Shown here piece after piece: positions 19,426 through 27,839 of a DNA stretch of 64,000 nucleotides. Source of the DNA: an uncultured bacterium. Lineage in GTDB: Bacteria > UBA8481. The translations under genes and the position numbers were made by a program. Within the stretch, counting starts at the first letter, position 1, and each line of letters starts with the position of its first letter. A model generated the notes under the pieces. The model saw only the letters and a program-made list of their open reading frames with translations, did not search any database and was not told the origin of the DNA. The stretch is from positions 248,001 to 312,000 of the forward strand of contig CAZCME010000002.1 in NCBI GenBank assembly GCA_964499705.1. The letters run 5' to 3'.

Positions 19426-22198
19426 ATCGTATCGTCACCGATTGATTCGCGGCGTTCAACGCGTCCCAGTTGCCGTCGGCGATGTATTTGAACTCGTGCG
19501 TGCCCTTCGGCAGTTCCATTTCGAGCGTCCATGTGCCGTCCGCCAGGCGCGTCATCAGATGCTGATCCATGTTCCAGCCGTTGAAGGTCCCGGCGACGGT
19601 GACGCGTGACGCGCCGGGGGCGGATACGGAGAATGTGTGCTTCCGGCCGGCGCGGAGCTCCATCACGGGCGCGAGCACGCGCGCGTACAGGGCTTCATCG
19701 TAATTTGCGCAGACGACGGCGCTGCGGGGAGGAACGATGATGCTGGTGCCGGTCAGGGGTGGTCCAAGCGGATTATCACCGGCCTGCAGGCCGTTGACGA
19801 CGGGAATCCATTGCGACTGGGGAATCGTGAACTCCACGGGGACGGGATTCGAGTTGAAGAGGACGAGCGCGTTGGCCCATGCATCGCCGGAGGAACCCCG
19901 GTTGATGACGTATCCTATGGCGCCGCCGGTCATGGGAAGTCCCAGGTCGTCGTCGAGGAAGAAGAGGGATTTCTTGATCTCGGATGCCAGGCCCAGCCGG
20001 AAAATCGGGTGATTTCTCCGGAGCCATATGAGAGCCTTGTAGTAATCGAAGACATCGCGGTTTTCGCTCTTCCAGGACCAGTGGATCATGTTCACGTCGT
20101 CGGGCTTGTTGTAGGTGTTGTCTTCTCCGCCCTTCGTGCGAAGCATTTCCTGGCCGGAGTGGATGAAGGGGATGCCCTGCGAAGTCAGGAGAATCGCCGC
20201 CGTCAGCTTGTCCATCCTGACGAAATCGTCGCGCGTCACGTCGGATCGACCGCGCATCGAAAGCTCCAGCCTGTCCCACAGCGTGTGATTGTCATGCGCC
20301 TCGGCGTAGTTGAGGGATTCCGTCGGCTCCTGCGCGAAGTCCGTGATGCTTCCGATGATGCCGCGCTTCACTTTTTCGGAATTGCGCCCGTCCTGGACGA
20401 AACCGGGATCGCGGCTGAAGGCGGAACCCTTCAAGCCGTCGCGGAAGTGATCGTTGAAGACTCCGAAACCCTGCCCGCGCTGGTCACCCTTGGATGTAAC
20501 CTTGATCGGAGTCTGCCCGCCGGCCCACGGTTCTCCGTAGATGAGCGCGTCCGGCTTCACGGACTTGACCATCGCAGTGAGCTCCTTCACGGTCTCGAGG
20601 TCGATGAGCCCCATCAGGTCGAAGCGGAATCCGTCGATGCCCATCTCCTTGACCCAGTACATCAGGGAGTCGATGATGAACTTCCGGCCCATCGGCGACT
20701 CGGAGCGGAACTCGTTGCCGCAACCGGAACCGTTCCAGTACGAACCGTCTTCCTTCCGGCGGTAGTAATAATTCGGCGCCAGGCCGTTGAAACTCATCCG
20801 GATCTCAGGATTGCCTTCGGCGGTGTGGTTGTTCACGACGTCGAGAACGACCTTGAATCCTTCGCGATGCAGGGCGTCGACCATCTTCCGCACTTCGTGA
20901 ACGCGCGTCATGTCGTTTCTCTTTGTCGCGAACCAGCCGTCGGGGGAGAAAAAGTGGTAAGGCATGTAACCCCAGTTGTATCCTTCCGCGGCCTCGTTGT
21001 TGTCGAAATCCTGGAAGGGCATGATCTGGATGACGTTGACGCCGAGTTCCTTCAGGTGATCGAGGCCGGTCCTGACGGACGGATTTCCCGCGAGCGTGGT
21101 CCCGGTTTCCGTGAGACCGAGATATTTTCCGCGCCACATCATCCCGCCCGCCGGATCGATGGTGAAGTCCCGGATGTGCATCTCGTAGATGATCGCATCC
21201 TTCATCGCCAGGGTCGGCGACGGTGTGATCTCCGTGCTCGTTCCCACGATCATCCCGCGCCCGTTGTGCGCGGTGTTGCTCCGCGAGTAGGGATCGATCA
21301 CTTCGAATGTTCCTTCCGGAACGGTGACGCGGTAAGTGTAGTACCAGCCGTTCAGGTCGCCAGGACCTTTCGCCTGCCAGATTCCCTGGTCGAGCTTCGT
21401 CATCGCGATTTCGTGCGCGCCGCCGCCCTCCGGCAGATCATACAGCAGCAGCGTCACGGCGGATGCCGTCGGCGCGAAGGTTCGGAATATGGTCTTGTCG
21501 GGCTGATACAGGGCGCCGAGCGGACGGCCGTCGAAGAAGGAATCGATGATCTTGCCGGGCACGAGCATGCCCGCATGAAAATCTCCGAAAGCGACCGTTC
21601 CGCTCTGGTATCCGTCCGCGGGCAGGGGCTCGGAGAGCGTGACGAGGAGGATCTTCGCCTTGCCATTCTGCTCGTTCATCGGAGTTGCCCAGAGGACCGG
21701 AATGATCCGGCCGGCGCATTCCACACGCACCTGGTCGGGAGCGATCTGCGACGAGGCCACATTCTTCGAGAGCACGACACGGATCGTCGTGAGGTCGTCG
21801 ACATACCCGCGAAGAATGCGCGGTCGCAGGTCCGGAGGTGTCTGGTAGACGACCTTGTCGGCGGCTAGGAGGTAGATTTCGTTGCCCGATGAAGGAACCC
21901 AGTAGCGGTCGGGATCGTCCTTGCCGTCCCAGTTGCGGAACTTGGGGAGCATACCGATTCGCGATGGGGAGGCGCCGTACTGACCGAGGTCGAGTTGAAA
22001 GACGAGTCCATACCCGTCGGTTCCTGAAGCCGTGACTTCCAGGTTCAGGTTGGCGTCGGGATTCCAAGACCAGAGTGTCCAACCGTCGTAGTCGCCGTCA
22101 GGCCGATGATAGTGAACGGTCAGCGCCGAGACGGAAATATTGGAGACCAGGAAGACGATGATGAAGGTGAAGGCGAGGACACGCCGGGTCGTTAGCAT
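19424..22198 (-). CDS. pulA: Secreted type I pullulanase (CBM41-like, CBM48, GH13, C-terminal CBM48)
   Basis: Signal peptide (..VSA|LTV), VHYHRPDGDYDGWTLW, YNWGY, NGSGCGN, GFRFDLMG, YGEPW, AHDN, C-terminal VTVAGTFNGW..YKYIADG-like. Confidence 0.93.
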   Translation of the reverse strand: MLTTRRVLAFTFIIVFLVSNISVSALTVHYHRPDGDYDGWTLWSWNPDANLNLEVTASGTDGYGLVFQLDLGQYGASPSRIGMLPKFRNWDGKDDPDRYWVPSSGNEIYLLAADKVVYQTPPDLRPRILRGYVDDLTTIRVVLSKNVASSQIAPDQVRVECAGRIIPVLWATPMNEQNGKAKILLVTLSEPLPADGYQSGTVAFGDFHAGMLVPGKIIDSFFDGRPLGALYQPDKTIFRTFAPTASAVTLLLYDLPEGGGAHEIAMTKLDQGIWQAKGPGDLNGWYYTYRVTVPEGTFEVIDPYSRSNTAHNGRGMIVGTSTEITPSPTLAMKDAIIYEMHIRDFTIDPAGGMMWRGKYLGLTETGTTLAGNPSVRTGLDHLKELGVNVIQIMPFQDFDNNEAAEGYNWGYMPYHFFSPDGWFATKRNDMTRVHEVRKMVDALHREGFKVVLDVVNNHTAEGNPEIRMSFNGLAPNYYYRRKEDGSYWNGSGCGNEFRSESPMGRKFIIDSLMYWVKEMGIDGFRFDLMGLIDLETVKELTAMVKSVKPDALIYGEPWAGGQTPIKVTSKGDQRGQGFGVFNDHFRDGLKGSAFSRDPGFVQDGRNSEKVKRGIIGSITDFAQEPTESLNYAEAHDNHTLWDRLELSMRGRSDVTRDDFVRMDKLTAAILLTSQGIPFIHSGQEMLRTKGGEDNTYNKPDDVNMIHWSWKSENRDVFDYYKALIWLRRNHPIFRLGLASEIKKSLFFLDDDLGLPMTGGAIGYVINRGSSGDAWANALVLFNSNPVPVEFTIPQSQWIPVVNGLQAGDNPLGPPLTGTSIIVPPRSAVVCANYDEALYARVLAPVMELRAGRKHTFSVSAPGASRVTVAGTFNGWNMDQHLMTRLADGTWTLEMELPKGTHEFKYIADGNWDALNAANQSVTIR

Positions 22199-22323
22199 GG
22201 ATGTAGTTTACTAAAAGGGTCGCGCGGATGCAATGTTGCAAACTTGCAAGGCAAGATTTTTCAAGGCCACAACGCGATAGTGCGGTACTAGGCAGTCCCG
22301 CTCGCTTCTTGTAGAGTTCCGCC

Positions 22324-24411
22324 GTGTCCAGGATCCCGACCGAGTCTCGTCCCGTGGCTCGAGCCATTATCTTCACCGATATCGTTGGCTCCACGAAATA
22401 CTTCGCCGCGCATGGAGATCAGGCCGGCCTGGCGATGCTGCGGCGTCATAACAAATCGCTCTTTCCCCTCATCGAGCAGGCCGACGGTCGCGTCATCAAG
22501 ACGATCGGCGACAGCATCTTCGCTGTCTTCGACCATCCCTCCAACTCGCTCATTGCCGCGCATGCATTGCAGAGGGAACTGACGCGTTCCCAGGATGAAA
22601 TCCCTGAAGGCGAGCGCATTCAGATTCGCGTCGGAGTTCATTACGGGCTCGTGCAGGAGATGAACAACGACATCTTCGGCGACACGGTGAACCTCGCGGA
22701 GCGTGTCAAGTCATCGGCCGGCGCGGGACAGGTCTTCGTCTCGCGCATCCTGCGGGATATGGTCAAGGGAGATCCTCGATTCGAACTGCGTACGCTCGGA
22801 GCGAGACCGTTGAAAGGCTCCGCTGAACCGATGGAGCTCTTCGAGCTCGCTGCCGCACCGGATCTGGACGGAGGAAATCTCCTTCAACAGCTGGTGAGAA
22901 AAGCGGGAAGGAGCCTTGCTCGCGGAAGGACGGCGGCAGCTGTCATCTCGCTCCTGGCACTGATTGCAATCGTCACCGGATTATGGCTTTCGCGGGAACC
23001 CGATGCTCCGGCTCCGAAGATCGAAGCCATTGCTGTTCTTCCTTTTCGTAATCTCGCCGGCGATACCGGGCTCGATTATCTCAGCCTTGCTTTAACCGAG
23101 GAACTTAACGCCCAACTGCGTTCCGCCGGATCCGTGCTCGTCAGGCCCACCAGTTCCGTGGAACGCTACAAGGGCAGGACCACGGAAGCCCTGCAGATCG
23201 GGGAGGAGCTCCAGGTGGGAACGATCGTGGAAGGAAGTTTCCTGCGCTCGGGCGATCAATTACGTGTGAACGTCGCCATCGTGGACGCGCGGGAGAATCG
23301 CCAGGTCTGGTCCAGGCCGATCCAGGGGCTTTCCTCGGATATGCTCGGGATCTTCGATCGCGTGGCTCGCCAGGTGACATTGGAATTGCGCCTGCGCCTG
23401 GCGCAAAGCCGCCCTTCCGCTCAGTACGGCACGGGTAACGCAAAAGCCTTCGAGCATTATCTGCACGGGCTCGGGCTTCAGCAGGAGATCACGGAAGCCA
23501 ACAATGTCGAGGCCATCCGTTACCTGGAGGACGCGGTTCTCGCCGATTCCGGATTCGCGCGAGCGCATGCCGCTCTCGCGAACGCCTATGCCACGCGCTT
23601 CTTCTGGAATTTCTCGAACGACATGCTCTGGCTGGACCGCGCCGAAGAATCCGCCCGCCGCGCCATAGCGCTCGATCCAGTCCTCGCCGAGGCGCATTTC
23701 GCTCTCGCGTCCGCCGTGGAGGGAAAAGGGCGGCGCGTCGAGACGATCAGGGCGAGCCTGGAGAGTTACCGGCTGGACCGGCAGTATGTGCCGGCGCTGA
23801 CGAATATCGCGCGATACTCATTCTACATGGGAGATTTCGACCGCGCGCTGGCGTCGCTGGATCGCATCGCGGAGATGGACCCGACGCAGAACGTCCACAT
23901 GAGAAAGGCGATCTACCTCTTCTTCGCCGGCCGGGCGGACGCGAGCCATTCCGAGAACCAGCTTGCGGAGATGAAAGCGGCAGGCGTGAATGAGCTGACG
24001 CTTACCGCATTCACCTATGTTTGGTTGAAGGACACCTGGTCCGCCGAGCGCGTGCTGAAGAAGCTGGAGGAAATGGCGCCGGCCGCGACCAGCATCTACG
24101 AAGTCCGTGCATGGATCGAGACCGCGCATGGTCGCATCCCCGAGGCTCGCAAGGAGATGGAGCGCTTCGCCAATCCCGCGCGCTGGGGCATCGCGCAGGA
24201 GATGGCCGCGCTCTACGCGCTGCAGGGCGACCGGAAGAATGCGCTGGACTGGCTGGAGAAAGCCGTGACTGCCGGAGCCCCCAGCGTGGCCTGGTTCCGC
24301 TCGGATCACTTCCGGATCCTGCGGGGCGAACCTCGTTATGAGGCGGTGCTGTCAAATCTCACGGAGCAATACGAACCTGTGCGAGCGGAGCTTGGAAGAC
24401 TGGCGTTGTGA
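22324..24411 (+). CDS. Adenylate cyclase-TM-TolB-like-TPR receptor protein
   Basis: FTDIVGST, IKTIGDS, DIFGDTVNLAER; TM helix; IAVLPFRNL...IVEGS; multiple TPRs. Confidence 0.88.
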   Translation: MSRIPTESRPVARAIIFTDIVGSTKYFAAHGDQAGLAMLRRHNKSLFPLIEQADGRVIKTIGDSIFAVFDHPSNSLIAAHALQRELTRSQDEIPEGERIQIRVGVHYGLVQEMNNDIFGDTVNLAERVKSSAGAGQVFVSRILRDMVKGDPRFELRTLGARPLKGSAEPMELFELAAAPDLDGGNLLQQLVRKAGRSLARGRTAAAVISLLALIAIVTGLWLSREPDAPAPKIEAIAVLPFRNLAGDTGLDYLSLALTEELNAQLRSAGSVLVRPTSSVERYKGRTTEALQIGEELQVGTIVEGSFLRSGDQLRVNVAIVDARENRQVWSRPIQGLSSDMLGIFDRVARQVTLELRLRLAQSRPSAQYGTGNAKAFEHYLHGLGLQQEITEANNVEAIRYLEDAVLADSGFARAHAALANAYATRFFWNFSNDMLWLDRAEESARRAIALDPVLAEAHFALASAVEGKGRRVETIRASLESYRLDRQYVPALTNIARYSFYMGDFDRALASLDRIAEMDPTQNVHMRKAIYLFFAGRADASHSENQLAEMKAAGVNELTLTAFTYVWLKDTWSAERVLKKLEEMAPAATSIYEVRAWIETAHGRIPEARKEMERFANPARWGIAQEMAALYALQGDRKNALDWLEKAVTAGAPSVAWFRSDHFRILRGEPRYEAVLSNLTEQYEPVRAELGRLAL

Positions 24412-24413
24412 TC

Positions 24414-24516
24414 AGGGGACATTCTCCAACATTGCAACATTGAGAATGAAGGAGTTGTGATGGCGCGTCCTGTAAAGCCTTTATTTCCAATGTTGCAATG
24501 TTGGAGAATGTCCCCT
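24414..24516. mobile_element. 103-bp MITE-like element with perfect 29-bp terminal inverted repeats
   Basis: AGGGGACATTCTCCAACATTGCAACATTG (24414-24442) is the exact reverse complement of 24488-24516. Confidence 0.65.
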
Positions 24517-26263
24517 ATTTCCGTCGCGGTGACGCCGGCGAGAAGTTGCTGATCTTGCCGGCGATGGGCAGATTCTTCAGTTCGCGGCAGAGCCTGGGAG
24601 GCATTCCCTCGGGCAATTCGATGAAGGTCATGTCGTCCGATATGTCGATATTACCAATATAACGGCGTTCCAGGCCGGCCGCGTTCGAGATGATGCCCGC
24701 GATCTCGCCCGGGAGCGCGCCGTCGTTACTGCCGACATCAATCCGATACCGCTCCATGCGAATCCCGCTCTCCTTCTTCCGCTTCCGGGACGGTGCGGCC
24801 TGCGATGCGTGAGCCGGGGGGCGTGGCTTCTGCTCGCGTTCCTTCTTCCGCGGCGCTTCCGGTCGCTCCTTGTGCCGAGCGTGATCGGATGCTGATTCCG
24901 CCCGCGGTGTTGCAGGCGTCTCGCGGTCCCGGTGTTCGCGCGGCGCCGCGAGTGGTTTCCCGGCGTGAAGCAACAGGGCCAGCGCGGCCGCGATATCGAT
25001 GGCGGGAACGTTCCGCTCCTGGCTGTAGGATTCGAGGAGGCTGCGGTACATGTCGAGTCCTTCCGAAGCCAGCGATTCGGCGATCGTCTCCTTGAACCGC
25101 TCGACCCTTACATCGTGAACCATGCGCTCGCTCGGCAGGGTCATCAGTTCCATCTTTCCGCCCATCGCCTTCTTCAAGGCGAACAACAGTCCCTTTTCGC
25201 GAGGAGCGACGAAGAGGATGGCTTCTCCGCTCCGGCCCGCTCTGCCGGTCCTCCCGATGCGATGGATGTAGGCTTCGACGTTATGCGGAATATCGAAATT
25301 GATGACATGGCTGATCCGGTCGATGTCGAGTCCCCGCGCCGCCACGTCGGTGGCGACGATGATATCGAGCTTTCCGGATTTGAAGCGTGCGACCGTTTCC
25401 TCGCGCTTGGCTTGCGTCATTTCCCCGGAAAGCGGCGCCGCGGCAAAACCCTGGGACTCCAGGCGCGTCGCGAGCTCGGTCGTCATGGTCTTCGTGCGGA
25501 CGAAGATGAGGATCGCGTCGTATTTTTCCACTTCCAGGATGCGGGTCATGGCGCTCATCTTCTGCATGCCTTCGACCATCCAGTATCTCTGCCGGATCAT
25601 CGGCGTCGTGGCCTTCGTCTGCTCGATCGAGATCTCGACGGGATTCTCCAGGTGCTGCCGGGCGATCCTGCGGATCGGCGCCGGCAACGTCGCCGAAAAG
25701 AGCGCGATCTGGCTCTTGTCCGGAATCTCCCCGAGTATCCATTCGATATCGTCGATGAAGCCCATGCGGAGCATCTCGTCGGCTTCGTCGAGAACAAGGC
25801 AGGCGAGCTGTTCGAGCTTCAATGTGCCGCGCCGCATGTGGTCCATGACGCGACCGGGCGTTCCCACGACGACATGCAGGCCGCGCTTCAATTTCTTGAT
25901 CTGCGGAACGATGTCCTGACCTCCGTAGATCGGAGCGACATGGAAATCGTGCAGTCCGGCGGCGTACCGCTGAAACGCCTCCGAGACCTGGATCGAAAGC
26001 TCCCGCGTCGGTGTCAGCACGAGGATTTGCGTGACCTTGCGCTTGAGGTCAAGCCTGGTCAGGAGCGGAAGCGCGAATGCGGCGGTCTTGCCTGTGCCGG
26101 TCTGAGCCTGCCCCAGGAGATCCTTGCCCTCGAGCAGGGGCGGAATAGTCGCCGACTGGATCGGGGTGGGATTTTCATATCCCAGCCGGTCCAGCGATTT
26201 CAGGATGAGGCTCGGAAGGCCGAGGTCGCCAAAGCCTATGGGAGTGGAAAGTTGATCTGTCAT
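24515..26263 (-). CDS. deaD: DEAD-box RNA helicase DeaD/CsdA
   Basis: Q motif, AQTGTGKT, PTREL, DEADEM, SAT, HRIGRTGRAG, C-terminal DbpA-type RNA-binding domain. Confidence 0.95.
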   Translation of the reverse strand: MTDQLSTPIGFGDLGLPSLILKSLDRLGYENPTPIQSATIPPLLEGKDLLGQAQTGTGKTAAFALPLLTRLDLKRKVTQILVLTPTRELSIQVSEAFQRYAAGLHDFHVAPIYGGQDIVPQIKKLKRGLHVVVGTPGRVMDHMRRGTLKLEQLACLVLDEADEMLRMGFIDDIEWILGEIPDKSQIALFSATLPAPIRRIARQHLENPVEISIEQTKATTPMIRQRYWMVEGMQKMSAMTRILEVEKYDAILIFVRTKTMTTELATRLESQGFAAAPLSGEMTQAKREETVARFKSGKLDIIVATDVAARGLDIDRISHVINFDIPHNVEAYIHRIGRTGRAGRSGEAILFVAPREKGLLFALKKAMGGKMELMTLPSERMVHDVRVERFKETIAESLASEGLDMYRSLLESYSQERNVPAIDIAAALALLLHAGKPLAAPREHRDRETPATPRAESASDHARHKERPEAPRKKEREQKPRPPAHASQAAPSRKRKKESGIRMERYRIDVGSNDGALPGEIAGIISNAAGLERRYIGNIDISDDMTFIELPEGMPPRLCRELKNLPIAGKISNFSPASPRRK

Positions 26264-26264
26264 G

Positions 26265-26292
26265 AAAAAAAACCGCCTTTTATTCCGGCGGT
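26265..26292 (-). terminator. Intrinsic terminator-like hairpin plus U-tract abutting the deaD start
   Basis: Minus strand ACCGCC-GGAATAAAA-GGCGGT-TTTTTTT-C-ATG. Confidence 0.55.
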
Positions 26293-26323
26293 GAAGTCTG
26301 AGTTCGTGCCGAAGCAGCCCTCA

Positions 26324-27811
26324 TTATAGCGGCAGTTCTTCCGGAAGTCGATACTGCCGTGTTTCGGAAACCGGTGATGTCCCGCATCGATCGCAGTTGC
26401 CGCATTTTTCGGAGGGAACTCCGAAGTGATCGTGAATGAATTCCTTCCGGCAGTTTTCGCTGCGGATGAAATTCACGAGCGACTGGAGGTTCATGTAGGA
26501 TTTTCTTTCCCGCCGGGCGAGATATTCCTCGTCGCGCAATTGAGCCGGCAGTTCCTGAACCAGCCGCAATGTGCCCCGGTCGAGATCGCCCGCGGTTACG
26601 CCGTGACGATCGAAGAGGTTTAGCGCCGTCTCCAGACGGTGATCGGCGCGATGCCGATGAACGACATGCTCCTGCAGATGCTCGTAATCGAAGGAGTTCA
26701 CTCCCTCCTTAAGTTTCGCCAGCAAATCCCAGGTGTCTCTGAGAAACGATGCATTCGGATTCCGCCAGCGGACGAATTCCATCTGGGTCAGCAGATCGTC
26801 CTGGCAATAGAGCAGATGGCACAGCGAAGGCTTGTCGTCGCGCCCCGCGCGGCCGATCTCCTGGTAGTAGGCCTCCACGGAGGAAGGAAGCTCCGCGTGA
26901 ATGATGAGCCGCACATCCGCCTTGTCGACTCCCATTCCAAAGGCGTTCGTGGCGAGAACGAGCCTGTCGGGATGCGACATGAACGCGTCCTGCGCCGCTC
27001 TCCGCGAGCGAGGATCGAGCTGGCCGTGATACTTGATGTGACGGACGCGCTTGTCGTGGAGCAGCTCGCTGAATCGTTCGAGCGTCCTGATGAGCGTGAA
27101 GTAGATGATCTGGCTGCCGGGATAGGCGGCGAGATCCGACAGGATCGCGGCCAGCTTTTCCTTCTCCTCGATCACCTCGGTCACGCGGAGCGCGAGGTTG
27201 GCTCGCGCAATTCCCTCGTGGAAAATTCGCATTTCATCGGCCGGAATCCCCAGCTGCCTCATGATATCTTCCTGGATGTCGGGCGTGGCCGTCGCGGTCA
27301 GAGCGATCGTCACGGGGTTGCCGATGATCGCCCGGAATTCCGCGAGGCGCGTGTAGTCCGGCCTGAAATCGTGCCCCCACTCGCTGATGCAGTGCGCTTC
27401 ATCCACGGCGAGCAGTGCGACACGGCGGCCCGACAATGCCTCGATAAATTCGCTCTTGCGAAATCGCTCCGGCGTCACGTAGAGAATCCGGTATCGCCCT
27501 TCTGCGATGCCGCGATACCGCTCCAGGCGCTCCGCCTTCGCCAGGGAAGAATTGATGAAGGTCGCGTCGACACCGAGTTCCAGAAGCCCGTCGACCTGGT
27601 CCTTCATGAGCGCGATGAGAGGGGAGACGACGATCGTCAATCCGTCCATGCAGAGAGCGGGCACCTGGAAGCAGAGCGATTTTCCCATGCCGGTCGGCAT
27701 GATGACGAGCGCGTGCCGCCCGGATAGCACATGGTCGATGACCGCGTCCTGCGACGAACGGAATAGATCAATCCGGAAGATCGATCGAAGGATCTCTGTT
27801 TTGGCGGGCAT
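26324..27811 (-). CDS. recQ: RecQ-family DNA helicase (short, no HRDC)
   Basis: MPTGMGKSLCFQ, VDEAHCISEWGHDFRPDY, AFGMGVDK, YYQEIGRAGRD, C-terminal CGNCDRC. Confidence 0.92.
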   Translation of the reverse strand: MPAKTEILRSIFRIDLFRSSQDAVIDHVLSGRHALVIMPTGMGKSLCFQVPALCMDGLTIVVSPLIALMKDQVDGLLELGVDATFINSSLAKAERLERYRGIAEGRYRILYVTPERFRKSEFIEALSGRRVALLAVDEAHCISEWGHDFRPDYTRLAEFRAIIGNPVTIALTATATPDIQEDIMRQLGIPADEMRIFHEGIARANLALRVTEVIEEKEKLAAILSDLAAYPGSQIIYFTLIRTLERFSELLHDKRVRHIKYHGQLDPRSRRAAQDAFMSHPDRLVLATNAFGMGVDKADVRLIIHAELPSSVEAYYQEIGRAGRDDKPSLCHLLYCQDDLLTQMEFVRWRNPNASFLRDTWDLLAKLKEGVNSFDYEHLQEHVVHRHRADHRLETALNLFDRHGVTAGDLDRGTLRLVQELPAQLRDEEYLARRERKSYMNLQSLVNFIRSENCRKEFIHDHFGVPSEKCGNCDRCGTSPVSETRQYRLPEELPL

Positions 27812-27839
27812 CGGGCCATTATACCCGTTTCTGAGCGGC

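Noticed and set aside
2265-24411. Pycsar/CBASS-type defence interpretation of the two cyclases
   Set aside because: No adjacent cNMP-binding TIR or TM effector gene; both contexts look like housekeeping or signalling.
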